Translations under genes and position numbers: made by a program | The notes under the pieces: generated by a model | Databases searched by the model: none | Seen by the model: the letters and a program-made list of their open reading frames with translations, nothing else | Told to the model about the DNA's origin: nothing | Part shown: one piece after another, positions 43,173-53,664 of the stretch | Layout of the letters: each line of letters starts with the position of its first letter | Numbering within the stretch: the stretch's first letter is position 1 | IMG/VR virus record: IMGVR_UViG_3300030047_000014 | Coordinates: 1-64,000 of that record | Reading direction: 5' to 3' (one strand) | Source of the DNA: a virus | Length of the DNA: 64,000 bases

Positions 43173-43421
43173 TTACCAATCATCACCTGCACCTGCTCCA
43201 CCAAATGAACCACCACCAAATTCAATATCATTAGAAGAACTAGAGATATCAACATCACCACCAATACTTCCAAAGATAACAGCAGCAATTCCCACATTGA
43301 GAATATCATCCACCAATGATTCCTCATGGTAATAATCATACTCTTCTTGTTCTAAATAGGACAAGGATTCATAGGTGACATCATTAATGACATCACCTGT
43401 TAATTTGTGTTTGTATTTCAT
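43173..43421 (-). CDS. Small acidic protein with a Gly-rich C-terminus ending in Trp
   Basis: FGGGSFGGAGAGDDW*. Confidence 0.7.
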   Translation of the reverse strand: MKYKHKLTGDVINDVTYESLSYLEQEEYDYYHEESLVDDILNVGIAAVIFGSIGGDVDISSSSNDIEFGGGSFGGAGAGDDW

Positions 43422-44447
43422 GTTCTAGTTCTCCTCTATTTAAAGTAAACAATCATGTCCTTAATGAATAAGAATTTTTCATCCTTAAGTATTGCAATCA
43501 TATTAGATCTCTCTAAGAGACCATGAGTAACTTTGAAGCATGTCCTACCATTATTATATGGATCAGTACATACTTCAAACCTATCACAAGCAGCTATACA
43601 ATGTTCCATGACTAAATAGCTTTAAATGAAGACATTAACCATGATGATCTGTAATCACCAACTCTCCACATTGATTGACCTGCTTCAATCACCTCACCTG
43701 TATTATAAGAGTCAAATCTTACAATAAGCCCTTTATTACCAATACCAACCCAAGGATATACAATAGTCTTCATAACTCTAAATATTAATATTTTTCTGTT
43801 TCGATGCTCAATTACATCATCATCAGTATGAACAATAGTCCATAGACAGAGAGAGAAGGTAATGAAATCCCTTCCCTCTTAAATGTGTCCCTTCATCATC
43901 TCATTAAAGAGTATGTATATACCTGAGTATACTAAGACTGGGACAAGGCTGTTCTTTATTACATGTTAATGCTATTTATATTCTATTGTAAAATGATATT
44001 CTTTGTTATTAGTTTGAGATGTTAATAGTGGATATAGGTAGTCAGCTAATCATTTCCTCACATAATTATTCACTCAAATGATAAGATAATCAAATAGTTA
44101 TAAATATCTATGTTTGAATTGTACACAAATATATATACAACTATTCAATACTCTATATTATATCTATTGATTAGATAGTATCAATGCTATTATGATTAGT
44201 AATAACAAATATACGGGGTTTATACAAACAAACATGATATAAGTCATATTTGTATTGTTTTAACTGATCAGATAGTATCACATGCTGAGAATTGAATATT
44301 TCTGACCAACTTCATCCTAATATCATACAGAGGAATGTTGAATAGATATATAGGATGAATAAAGAGCAACACTGAGAGGATATAGTTTTAACATTCCCCA
44401 CCCTCGTGAAGCCTTCACCCACCCTATATATAAAAAACTAAAAGCCC

Positions 44448-44852
44448 TTAAAGAGCAATTAGTTCTTCAAGGCTAATAGCCTCAACTTCATCAACTGCGA
44501 AGTCAGTGACTTTCATATTGTCAACTGCAAAATGAGTCAAAGTTGTGCCTTCCCTGCTTGGCATTACGGCAACATTCATAGTCTCACCATTACCCAAGTC
44601 CTGCTCAATGACAGTAAGCCCAATAACCTGGCTAAGTTTGATCTCTTTAGATCTGAACAGTTTGCTGACTGCTGTGCTTAGAGTAACAGTAGCACTCTCA
44701 CCATTCTTCTTAGTAAGCACTAGTGCAACACGCTTGCTCAAATCTTTGAGATTCTTTGCAATTGGAGCAACAGTTCCACCCTTACCAACTAACTCAAGAA
44801 TAGTACCAAGCTCCTTACGCTCAGTCCTGGCATACAATTTAAATTCTAACAT
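44448..44852 (-). CDS. First gene of the leftward arm, hypothetical (start probably MLEFK)
   Basis: ATG preceded by an A-rich leader; less AT-rich than its flanks. Confidence 0.7.
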   Translation of the reverse strand: MLEFKLYARTERKELGTILELVGKGGTVAPIAKNLKDLSKRVALVLTKKNGESATVTLSTAVSKLFRSKEIKLSQVIGLTVIEQDLGNGETMNVAVMPSREGTTLTHFAVDNMKVTDFAVDEVEAISLEELIAL

Positions 44853-44984
44853 GATATTTGTTTTTTTATTAATTAATACTACGGGGGTATCCCCAACCAA
44901 TCAAATTATGATGGGGGTTGCTATTGGAGGTACTCCATCATTCCTTTCACACAATAGATTCCAAAATAAAAAAAAATATAAAAA

Positions 44985-45016
44985 TTTGTAATTCTAATTA
45001 TCTTTTTCTAATTTTG
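44985..45016 (+). promoter_or_regulatory. Bacteroidota primary-sigma promoter starting the rightward arm
   Basis: TTTG-N20-TAATTTTG. Confidence 0.75.
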
Positions 45017-45045
45017 TCAGCATAATTATAAAAATATATATAAAA

Positions 45046-45381
45046 ATGGAAAAACAAGAGTATAAAGTAAAGATGGTTTATCCTGATGATCCTTCAGACA
45101 TCACTAGGATATACACACAGACTATTCAAGGTTTTCTTTATTTTGCAAGAGAGTTAAAGATTAGTCCTAAGAGTAATGCTAGTTGGAATAAGAAAGGATT
45201 CAAAGTGGAATTCTTTGTTGACACTGTTAGTGTATCCATAGGAATAGGTAAAGATCATACTGCTGATCTTATTATGACTAAAGATGCATGGGATGCTTTC
45301 GTTGAGGGAGCTGAGATTTCTATTGATACTGTAAAAGAGTTTGAAGGAAAGTATATTAAAAGGAGAAAGAAGAATAAATGA
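45046..45381 (+). CDS. Hypothetical protein
   Basis: ORF track; downstream of the promoter. Confidence 0.7.
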   Translation: MEKQEYKVKMVYPDDPSDITRIYTQTIQGFLYFARELKISPKSNASWNKKGFKVEFFVDTVSVSIGIGKDHTADLIMTKDAWDAFVEGAEISIDTVKEFEGKYIKRRKKNK

Positions 45382-45740
45382 AATTCATAAAACATATCTC
45401 TTCTAGTAATAACTGGGGAGTCTCTATATTAATAATGGAGAGCAGAGGAAAAGCATTTGCCAGGATATATTGGTTTAATGATAAGGAAGAAGATGATGAG
45501 GAAGATACAGTCTATCTTGATATGCTTAGTGTAAATGAAGAAGAAAGAAGGAAAGGTATTGGTACTAAACTACAGGATATAAGAGAGAAGATTGGTAAAA
45601 GAGGAGGTGCTACATATTCTTGTCTTTGGGTATATAAGAATACATGGATGTATGAATGGTACAAGAGAAGAGGATATAAAGAGATAGGAAAGAATGAGAG
45701 TGAAAAGAATGCTGTTTGGATGAGAAAGAAATTAATTTAA
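45378..45740 (+). CDS. GNAT family acetyltransferase
   Basis: LSVNEEERRKGIGTKL motif A; WYKRRGY. Confidence 0.85.
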   Translation: MKFIKHISSSNNWGVSILIMESRGKAFARIYWFNDKEEDDEEDTVYLDMLSVNEEERRKGIGTKLQDIREKIGKRGGATYSCLWVYKNTWMYEWYKRRGYKEIGKNESEKNAVWMRKKLI

Positions 45741-45753
45741 AGATAGAAAAATT

Positions 45754-45783
45754 AAAGCAATCTCAATAGATTGCTTTTTTTTT
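45754..45783 (+). terminator. Intrinsic terminator
   Basis: AAAGCAATCT-CAAT-AGATTGC followed by a T-run. Confidence 0.75.
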
Positions 45784-45790
45784 AAAACAA

Positions 45791-45821
45791 TTTGTTTCTA
45801 ATTAAAAAAAGTATAATTTTG
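45791..45821 (+). promoter_or_regulatory. Bacteroidota primary-sigma promoter
   Basis: TTTG-N19-TAATTTTG. Confidence 0.7.
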
Positions 45822-45865
45822 GTTCATCAATTAGAAATAATTGAAAATGTTATTATAAACTAAAT

Positions 45866-46255
45866 ATGGAAACCAACAAGTTATCAGTTCAAGCATTACA
45901 GAAGAAAGTTCCAGATGATTTAGGACTGGCAGAGAAGTATTATGGTATTCTGTCAGTTATAAATAATCTAAGACTTACACAAAGAGAGATTCAGTTGATT
46001 GCCTTTACAGCTATAAATGGGAATATGTCTTATGCTAATATCAGAGAGGATTTCTGTAAAAGATATGATACCACTCCTCCTACTATTAATAATATTATTT
46101 CTAAGTTGAAGAAGGTCAAGGTGTTAGTAAAAGATAGGGGAAAGATAAAAGTTAATCCTGTTATTCTATTAAAGTTTGATTCAGATGTTACACTAACAAT
46201 TAGATTAATAAATGATAAACTCACTAAAAGCATTAAAGAGACCAAAGATGTATAG
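45866..46255 (+). CDS. Winged-HTH DNA-binding protein
   Basis: LTQREIQLI...TTPPTINNIISKLKKVKVL...KVNP. Confidence 0.65.
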   Translation: METNKLSVQALQKKVPDDLGLAEKYYGILSVINNLRLTQREIQLIAFTAINGNMSYANIREDFCKRYDTTPPTINNIISKLKKVKVLVKDRGKIKVNPVILLKFDSDVTLTIRLINDKLTKSIKETKDV

Positions 46256-46446
46256 GTATATTGTTCCTCCAAAGGTTGAGTCAAATAGGTTTGATAAAAT
46301 TTTTGAGAAGATATCTATACCTGAACAAAGAGAATATGTATATCTATATACACAGGGTTTACATGATTATCAGAATAATACTATAATGATGGGTTCAGAA
46401 CAGTTTGATAGCATAGATGAGTTTAAGAATAAGATGATAGAGAAAT

Positions 46447-46812
46447 ATGGAGAAGCCAACAACATTATCACTTAAAAATTTCTTAATTAGGAAACTGTCT
46501 GTTAACTTAGTAATATCTGAAACTATAATTGAAGCAGTGATTAATCATCAGTATTCATCAGTTATTAAAGCTACATCTGAAAGTAAGAGTGTTGAAGTTT
46601 CAGGTTTTGGTAAGTTTATCTTTAATGATAAGAAGGCAGTAAAGAAGATGGAGAAATATGAAAGTCAAAAACGACTTTATGAATCATACCTGGAGGATGA
46701 ATCTTTAACAAAGATTAAACGAAGAAATATTTTACTAAGATTAGATACGACTATCAAAAATATTAATGATCTAAAACCAAGATTAAACAATGAATGTAAA
46801 TCAGATATATGA
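46447..46812 (+). CDS. HU/IHF-like protein
   Basis: KSVEVSGFGKF. Confidence 0.65.
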   Translation: MEKPTTLSLKNFLIRKLSVNLVISETIIEAVINHQYSSVIKATSESKSVEVSGFGKFIFNDKKAVKKMEKYESQKRLYESYLEDESLTKIKRRNILLRLDTTIKNINDLKPRLNNECKSDI

Positions 46813-47092
46813 GGGATGGAGAAATCATTTATTTCCTCCTGATAAACTAAAACAGTTGATTCTGGATGTTTCAGAAGAAAGAATGTCTGTATGTGATGTC
46901 TGTAAGTATAATTCAGCTAATGCAAAAAGAAAAAGTATTAGACCAGATGTTCATTGTTTACAATGTGGATGCACCTTGTCAGCTAAGACTAAATGCTTAT
47001 CTTGTGAGTGTCCAAAAAAGTTCTGGTTAGCTGTTCTTACAGAAGAAGAAGAGCGTGAAATTATTAATACAAAAGGATATGAAAAAGACTAA
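46790..47092 (+). CDS. Cys-rich zinc-binding protein
   Basis: ERMSVCDVC, CLQCGC...KTKC..CECPKKFW. Confidence 0.7.
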   Translation: MNVNQIYEGWRNHLFPPDKLKQLILDVSEERMSVCDVCKYNSANAKRKSIRPDVHCLQCGCTLSAKTKCLSCECPKKFWLAVLTEEEEREIINTKGYEKD

Positions 47093-47609
47093 CTTTGTCA
47101 TTGAAAAAGTACCCTTGAAAGCCTTTATTGATATTCTCATTGAAGCCTTTAACTCAGGTGCTAATTTTATTGATATTCTGTCTGTGGAAGATAACACTGT
47201 TGGACTCCTTTGTAAAGAGAGTTATTATAGTGCAGAAGAAGAAGGTTCTTTAGAATCTATCACCTTTAATGAAGATGATGTAGATCAATTAATTTAATTA
47301 CATATGGCAGTTTCAAAAAATACTTATACATCTACAGAACTTAATTGGGCTGAAGAACAATTGATATCCTGGAAGACCTACATTGATGAACATCCTTTAC
47401 ACACAATGGTAGATAGAATTGAATGGAGACAAACAAAAACAGGAGCAATGCCTATGGTAGTTGCTTCAATAGAAGCTCAAGGAAAGTTCATTCAGGAAAC
47501 TATGAAGAATTACCTGGCTTTGCTTGAGGTAGTGGAAAGATTAAGAGAGAAAGATGATATAAAGAAAGTAGCAAGAGGTAATGATGAAGTACCACCAAGA
47601 ATGCAATAA
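47055..47609 (+). other. Two CDS before terL (47055-47297; 47304-47609, candidate small terminase by position)
   Basis: Synteny only. Confidence 0.5.
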
Positions 47610-47611
47610 TA

Positions 47612-49645
47612 ATGGAAGTTAAATCTACAGAGTTTTTTAGGAATATAAAGAAACTTCCTCCTCCAGGGACTGAAGAGTTTAAACAACTTATAGATTGGGA
47701 GATTGAGAAGTGTACAGGAGGTGTTACTGTAAATGGTGTCTATTTTTCTAATTGGCTCTATTGGCATCTTAATCATTGGTGGATAAGAATTGATGATGTT
47801 GATAATTATGGCAATGATATACGAATACAATCACTACCAGAACTACGTGATAATGAATGGATTCGTGCAGAGAAACTAGAAGATTGTAGAATACGTAGAG
47901 AAGGTTATATAGAAGTAGGAGGCAGACAGGGAGGTAAATCTGAAATGGAAGCTTCCTACTTTGGTATGAATGCTACATTGTTTAAAAATACCCAGAATGT
48001 TATCATATGTGGAAATGATAATGACTTATCCTTATTAAAGGACAAAGTTGACTTTGGTCTAAAGAAGTTATGGAATGGTATTGCTATTGGTAGATTAGAT
48101 AAAACATGGAGATTAAACCAGATTAGACTTGGTTATAAAAAACCAAATGGTGAAGAAGAGATATGGTGTTATATTGTTATTCGTAATGCCAAGGATGGGA
48201 ACAATACAGAAGTTGCTGCAGGAACTACAGCCAAGACTGCAATTATGGATGAGATTGGTAAATATCCATTTGCTTCTACATTCAAGGCTATGGAACCTGC
48301 TATTAAAGGTAAGAATGGTTGGAGGGCTGTTCCAATTCTTGTAGGAACAGGGGGAAGTTTTGATGCAGGAAAAGATGCTGAAAACTTTTTTTATAATCCT
48401 GCTTCAAATAACTTCCTGGAGATTATAGATCCAGTTTCTGGAAAGAAATCAGGATTATTCTTATCTGGTTTATATAGACATGATTGCAAACATCTTGTAA
48501 ATCTGGCAGATTGGTTAAGAGAAGAAAGAGGTTTAATTCTTGAGGATGATAGTGAATTACGTAATTTCTTAATCAATGTTGCTGATAAAGAAAAAGCTCT
48601 TGCCAAGATAAATGAAGAAAGAGCAAAGGCTAGAGCTAATCCAGATAGAGAATTATCTTTAAAACAGATAATGTATTATCCTATAACTGTTGATGAATGT
48701 TTTCTATCAAGTAGTGAAAATATATTTGATATCGAAGGTGCTAAACGACAGAAGAATAGATTAATAACTAATGAGCATACTGGAACTCCTGTTGTATTAT
48801 ATTCTAATGAAGAAGGGGTAGTTACACATGAGTTTACTGATAAGCAACCTATAACTAATTATCCATTACAAACAGGTGATAGCAAGGAAGCTCCTGTAGT
48901 AATATATGAATTTCCAATAGCTAATCCTCCATATGGATTATATGTAGCAGGTGTTGACCCATATAGACAAGGACAAGCTAAATACAGTCAATCTCTTGGA
49001 TCTGTTTATATTTATAAGAGAATGCATGAACTTACGGGTGAGAAGTATCAGGATATGTTTGTAGCTTCTTATTGTGCCAGACCTGCTAAAAAAGAAACTT
49101 GGGAAGAACAAGCAAGACTTCTAATTAAATACTATAATGCCAGAACTCTTTGTGAGAATGATGATATCTCTTTTATAGAATATATGAAGGCTAAAGGAGA
49201 TGCTCATTATCTTGAGAAACAACCTGACTGGCTAATGGAGATAGTTCCTAACTCTACAGTTAAAAGAGATTATGGTGTACATAGGAGTGCACAAAAGATT
49301 ATTGATTACCTTCACAATTGTTTGAAGAGATATATGGAAGAAACTATATATAAAGAAACAGATGAGAATGGTGATACTGTCAAAGAGATATTAGGTGTTC
49401 ATAAAATATTTGATCCTGTATTACTAGAGGAGATTATTAAATACAATGATAAAGATAACTTTGATAGGATTGTTGCTGCAGAATTAGCTATTGCTCAAGC
49501 TATGAAGATGGATCCTATTATGGGTAAGGTATCTAGTTCAGATGATTCAAGAATTAGATCTCTCTACAAGACAAGAAAGAACAATGTTTTATTTACAGAA
49601 TCCAGAGGACTATTTGTTAAACATAAAAATAAACTTTTCACATAA
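47612..49645 (+). CDS. terL: Terminase large subunit
   Basis: GGRQGGKS Walker A, IMDEIGK Walker B, VGTGG, YVAGVDPY, NFDRIVA. Confidence 0.95.
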   Translation: MEVKSTEFFRNIKKLPPPGTEEFKQLIDWEIEKCTGGVTVNGVYFSNWLYWHLNHWWIRIDDVDNYGNDIRIQSLPELRDNEWIRAEKLEDCRIRREGYIEVGGRQGGKSEMEASYFGMNATLFKNTQNVIICGNDNDLSLLKDKVDFGLKKLWNGIAIGRLDKTWRLNQIRLGYKKPNGEEEIWCYIVIRNAKDGNNTEVAAGTTAKTAIMDEIGKYPFASTFKAMEPAIKGKNGWRAVPILVGTGGSFDAGKDAENFFYNPASNNFLEIIDPVSGKKSGLFLSGLYRHDCKHLVNLADWLREERGLILEDDSELRNFLINVADKEKALAKINEERAKARANPDRELSLKQIMYYPITVDECFLSSSENIFDIEGAKRQKNRLITNEHTGTPVVLYSNEEGVVTHEFTDKQPITNYPLQTGDSKEAPVVIYEFPIANPPYGLYVAGVDPYRQGQAKYSQSLGSVYIYKRMHELTGEKYQDMFVASYCARPAKKETWEEQARLLIKYYNARTLCENDDISFIEYMKAKGDAHYLEKQPDWLMEIVPNSTVKRDYGVHRSAQKIIDYLHNCLKRYMEETIYKETDENGDTVKEILGVHKIFDPVLLEEIIKYNDKDNFDRIVAAELAIAQAMKMDPIMGKVSSSDDSRIRSLYKTRKNNVLFTESRGLFVKHKNKLFT

Positions 49646-52233
49646 TGGCAATTATTAGGTACACCAAGGATGCTACAATAAGGTATGCATACTTAAACAT
49701 CTTCCCTGATCAGTTTAAGACTGATAAAGAAAAACAAGAGGAAGGTTGGATAAAGAATACTATGGATTACTTTGCCAATAAAGCTTATGCAGAGTATATC
49801 AAGAACAGAGAAACTTTCGTTAGAAATTATGATTTAATGAAAGGTATTCTTAGACCAGAAGATTTCTACCAGGTTCCTGAAGTTAAGAGCTTTGCTGAAA
49901 TGCTTACAGCAGATGTGGAACTTCCTGCCTATGTAAAACACTATCCTATTATAACTACACCAGTAAATGAGTTAGTGGGAGAAATTACTAAACGTCCTGA
50001 TACTTATAGAATTAAAGCCTTTGATGATGATAGTCAGGCAGAAGAACTACAATTTAAAACAGATCTTCTTCAGGAGTATGTAATTAATCAAGCCAAGAAA
50101 GAAATATATGAGAAGGCTGAAATGGAAGGAACTGAAATATCTGATAAAGATATTCAGGATCTTACTATGGAGAAGGTTAAAGAACAATTGGATAGTTACA
50201 CATCTGTTGCTGAGAGGTGGGGTAATCATGTTCTTACCTGTCAGAAAGCTGATTTTAATATAAAAGAAAAGAGTGAAGATACCTTCAGAGATATATGTAT
50301 AAGTGCCAGGGAATTCTATCATGTCTATGAAGATAATTCTAAAGTAGGATATAATGTAGAAGTAGCTAATCCTAAGAATACTTGGTTTCTAACAACCCCT
50401 GATAGAAAATGGATATCTGATCCAACAGGTAGAGCACAAGGAGCTTATGCTGCAGGAACAGTTCAGGTAATGGAACTATCAGAGATTATAGAGAATGTTC
50501 CTGATTTGACTAAGGAGGAAATAGATCACTTACGAAGTTCATTACAGGATTATGGATTAATAAATGTTAGAGAATCTAATCTGGGTAATCCTAATGCTAT
50601 TCCAGGAACAGATTCAGTAATGTATGATACCTATGATCCTCTTGTTCTTCAAACAAGAATGATTATAGAGAGTGAGATGAAAGAAAATAGTGATAGTCTT
50701 AAAGACTTTCTGGGTCTTACTTCTAATGTATCTTCCTTTGGATATAAGTATGTGATTGTTAAGTCTTACTGGATATCCAAGAAACAAATAGCTAAAATAA
50801 CTTATACAGATGAAGTTGGTAATCTACAATCTTTACTTGTGGATGAGAATTATAAATCAGGTACTATCCCTACACAAATTTCTTTAGAGAAAGGATGGAT
50901 TAATCAATGGTATCAAGGTACTAAGATTGGTCCAGATATCTATCATGTCAAACCTTTTAATCTTCTAAATTATTGTCCTATTATAGGAACTACATTTGAA
51001 ATAAAGAATACAGAGGCTAAGAGTCTTGTAGATATGATGAAACCTTTCCAGGTAATATATAATATCTGCATGAACCAGTTATATAGACTTCTTGAGAAAG
51101 AAATTGGTAATGTAGCCTCTGTAAATATTCGTAGAGTTCCTAAATTAAAAGATGGAGATGATCAGGATGCTATTGATATATGGGAAATGGAAGCCAAGGA
51201 AAGAGGTATTATATTTGATGATGATAGTCCTGAAAATACCAAAGGAGGTGTTAGTAATCAAACAGTTGCTAAACAAATAGATCTTACTCGTACAAATGAA
51301 ATTCAAAGTAGATATAACCTGGCTGTTCAAATGAAGAATGAATGTTGGGAACTGGTTGGTATGTCTAAACAAAGAATGGGATCTGTATCTCCAAGTGAAT
51401 CTGCAACAGGAACTAATGCTGCTATTCAGCAGTCTTATTCTCAGACAGAACCTTTATTTGTTGCTCATGAATATGTAATGGGACAATTATATCAAGCTAT
51501 TATAGATGCTGCATTATATATTGCCAGTAACAAACCAGAATCTACACTATCCTATATTACATCAGAAGGAGAAGCTGCTTTCGTAAAAGTGAATGGTTCT
51601 GATTTAAAATTCAGGGATTTAAAAGTATTTGCTACTAATCGTCCTGAAGATACTCAGATGTTTAATGAACTTAGAGCATTGTCTCAGGCTGTCTTACAGA
51701 ATGGTGGTACACTATATGATATAGTAGAACTTTATTCTACTAAGAGTATGAGACAACTTAAGAGAATCTTTAAGGAAATGAGAGATAAACAGCAAGCAAT
51801 GCTAGATCAGAAGATGCAACAGGATCAGCAGAAACTTGATCAAGAACAGAAAATAGCTCAAGCTCAGTTAGAACAGGCTCAAGCTCAACATGATCAGGAT
51901 GTAGCTAATGAAAACTATCAAAATGATTTGGATAGACTTAATAAAAAAGAGATAGCTCTTATAGGTGCTGAATCTAAAGGTAGTCTAACAGATAATGATA
52001 GTAACGGAATTCCTGATGTATTAGAGATTAGCAAGTTAGATCATGAGAGAAATAAAGCTATGAAAGACTATAATGTAAAAATGGCAGAGATTCAAAGTAA
52101 GAGAGCAGATAGTCTACAGAAACTTCAGATAGAAAGAGAGAAATTACAAGTAGATAGAGAGAATCAGAAAAATGATCTTGCTATTGCTAAGGAAAATGCT
52201 AAAAACAGAGCAACAAAATCAAAATCTAAATGA
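49645..52233 (+). CDS. Portal protein (crAss-like)
   Basis: 862 aa directly after terL; KHYPII, LVDMMKPFQ, GMSKQRMG, coiled-coil C-terminus. Confidence 0.88.
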   Translation: MAIIRYTKDATIRYAYLNIFPDQFKTDKEKQEEGWIKNTMDYFANKAYAEYIKNRETFVRNYDLMKGILRPEDFYQVPEVKSFAEMLTADVELPAYVKHYPIITTPVNELVGEITKRPDTYRIKAFDDDSQAEELQFKTDLLQEYVINQAKKEIYEKAEMEGTEISDKDIQDLTMEKVKEQLDSYTSVAERWGNHVLTCQKADFNIKEKSEDTFRDICISAREFYHVYEDNSKVGYNVEVANPKNTWFLTTPDRKWISDPTGRAQGAYAAGTVQVMELSEIIENVPDLTKEEIDHLRSSLQDYGLINVRESNLGNPNAIPGTDSVMYDTYDPLVLQTRMIIESEMKENSDSLKDFLGLTSNVSSFGYKYVIVKSYWISKKQIAKITYTDEVGNLQSLLVDENYKSGTIPTQISLEKGWINQWYQGTKIGPDIYHVKPFNLLNYCPIIGTTFEIKNTEAKSLVDMMKPFQVIYNICMNQLYRLLEKEIGNVASVNIRRVPKLKDGDDQDAIDIWEMEAKERGIIFDDDSPENTKGGVSNQTVAKQIDLTRTNEIQSRYNLAVQMKNECWELVGMSKQRMGSVSPSESATGTNAAIQQSYSQTEPLFVAHEYVMGQLYQAIIDAALYIASNKPESTLSYITSEGEAAFVKVNGSDLKFRDLKVFATNRPEDTQMFNELRALSQAVLQNGGTLYDIVELYSTKSMRQLKRIFKEMRDKQQAMLDQKMQQDQQKLDQEQKIAQAQLEQAQAQHDQDVANENYQNDLDRLNKKEIALIGAESKGSLTDNDSNGIPDVLEISKLDHERNKAMKDYNVKMAEIQSKRADSLQKLQIEREKLQVDRENQKNDLAIAKENAKNRATKSKSK

Positions 52234-52399
52234 TAATGTAAGCATTAACTTCTGTTAATAACTAAACAAATTAGAAAAATCAGAAGTTAATGCTATATTA
52301 TATATAAAAATTGCATAGATTAGATGCTATTTTATTATTGCTAAGTATTTTTATTTTACTTTTACCTATTATAAAACCAAAACAAAAAATAAACTAAAT

Positions 52400-53629
52400 A
52401 TGAGTACTATCAAGGAAGATACCCTGGATGATAATTTTGGTATTATCAGTTCAACAGAATATGGTACAGGAAGCCCTGAGTTGTTAGAAGGTCTATTTGC
52501 TTCTGAAACTTCTACAGAAGATCCAGATAAGATTGTACCAATTGTAAAAGAGGTTGAGGATGTTAAGGATAAAGTACCTGAAGTAAAAAGAGGTAAAGAG
52601 ATTGTCCCGAAACCTGATGGTGAGGAACTTACAAATCAAGATTTATTAACTAATTTCCTGGCAGAGGAAGAAAGTGATAATGATGATGGTGAAGAAACCC
52701 ATACAGATCCTATTGTAAAGGATAAAGAAACTACTACAGAAACTGATGATAATCCATTCACTACACTTCATAAAGAACTTCTGGAACTAAATGTTTTTAC
52801 GAAGGATGATGAAGATGGTGAAGAAGAACTGGTAAAAACCCCTGAAGAATTTCTTGCCAGATTTAATTTGGAGAAGAAAAAAGGAGCCAGTGAAATAATG
52901 GATAGATTCATCTCTCAGTTTGGAGAAGATTACCAGAATGCATTTCAAGCCATCTATGTAAAAGGTGTAGATCCTAAAGAATATTTTAGTACTTATAATA
53001 CAATTACAGATTTTGCAACTTTAGATATTACGAAGGAAGAAAACCAGATTGCAATAATGAGACAATCATTAACGGATGAAGGACTTGAACCTGATGATAT
53101 AAAAGATGAGATTGAGAAATTACAGAATTACGGTGATCTGGAATCTGCAGCAACTAAGAGACATAAAATTTTAATAAGAAAAAGTGCTCTGAAGTTACAG
53201 GAACTAGAACAAAAGTCTGAACAGGAACTAAAACAAAAAGCTGAAATTAAGAATCAGTTTATAAACAATGTTCGTAAGACTATTGATGAGAAATTAAAAA
53301 CAAAGGAATATGATGGTATTCCTTTAAATCCAAAATTAGCACAAGAACTACATGACTTCCTCCTAGTAGATGGATGGGTTACACCATCAGGAGAAAAGCT
53401 TACAGGTTTTGATAAAGCTATTTTAGATTTAAAGAGACCTGAGAACCATGCACTAAAAGTGAAAGTTGCTCTTCTTCTAAAGATTATGGAAAAAGATCCT
53501 AATCTATCAACCATCCAGAAAGCAGGAGTTACAAAGAAGTCAGAAGAATTATTTAAACAAACTGTTGGATCAGTTAAAAAAGTAAAAACTTCTTCCACTG
53601 AACCACAGTCTAGATCATGGTCTTTTTAA
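52400..53629 (+). CDS. Putative scaffolding protein
   Basis: Very acidic helical protein between portal and MCP. Confidence 0.65.
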   Translation: MSTIKEDTLDDNFGIISSTEYGTGSPELLEGLFASETSTEDPDKIVPIVKEVEDVKDKVPEVKRGKEIVPKPDGEELTNQDLLTNFLAEEESDNDDGEETHTDPIVKDKETTTETDDNPFTTLHKELLELNVFTKDDEDGEEELVKTPEEFLARFNLEKKKGASEIMDRFISQFGEDYQNAFQAIYVKGVDPKEYFSTYNTITDFATLDITKEENQIAIMRQSLTDEGLEPDDIKDEIEKLQNYGDLESAATKRHKILIRKSALKLQELEQKSEQELKQKAEIKNQFINNVRKTIDEKLKTKEYDGIPLNPKLAQELHDFLLVDGWVTPSGEKLTGFDKAILDLKRPENHALKVKVALLLKIMEKDPNLSTIQKAGVTKKSEELFKQTVGSVKKVKTSSTEPQSRSWSF

Positions 53630-53664
53630 AATATTCATATTTCTAACATAAAAATAATAATAAA

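Noticed and set aside
43151-43339. 62-aa hydrophobic ORF
   Set aside because: It is an alternative frame of 43173-43421, which has the recognisable Gly-rich motif.
641-44991. Plus-strand ORFs within the leftward arm, and minus-strand ORFs within the rightward arm
   Set aside because: They are shadow frames overlapping well-supported genes on the opposite strand.
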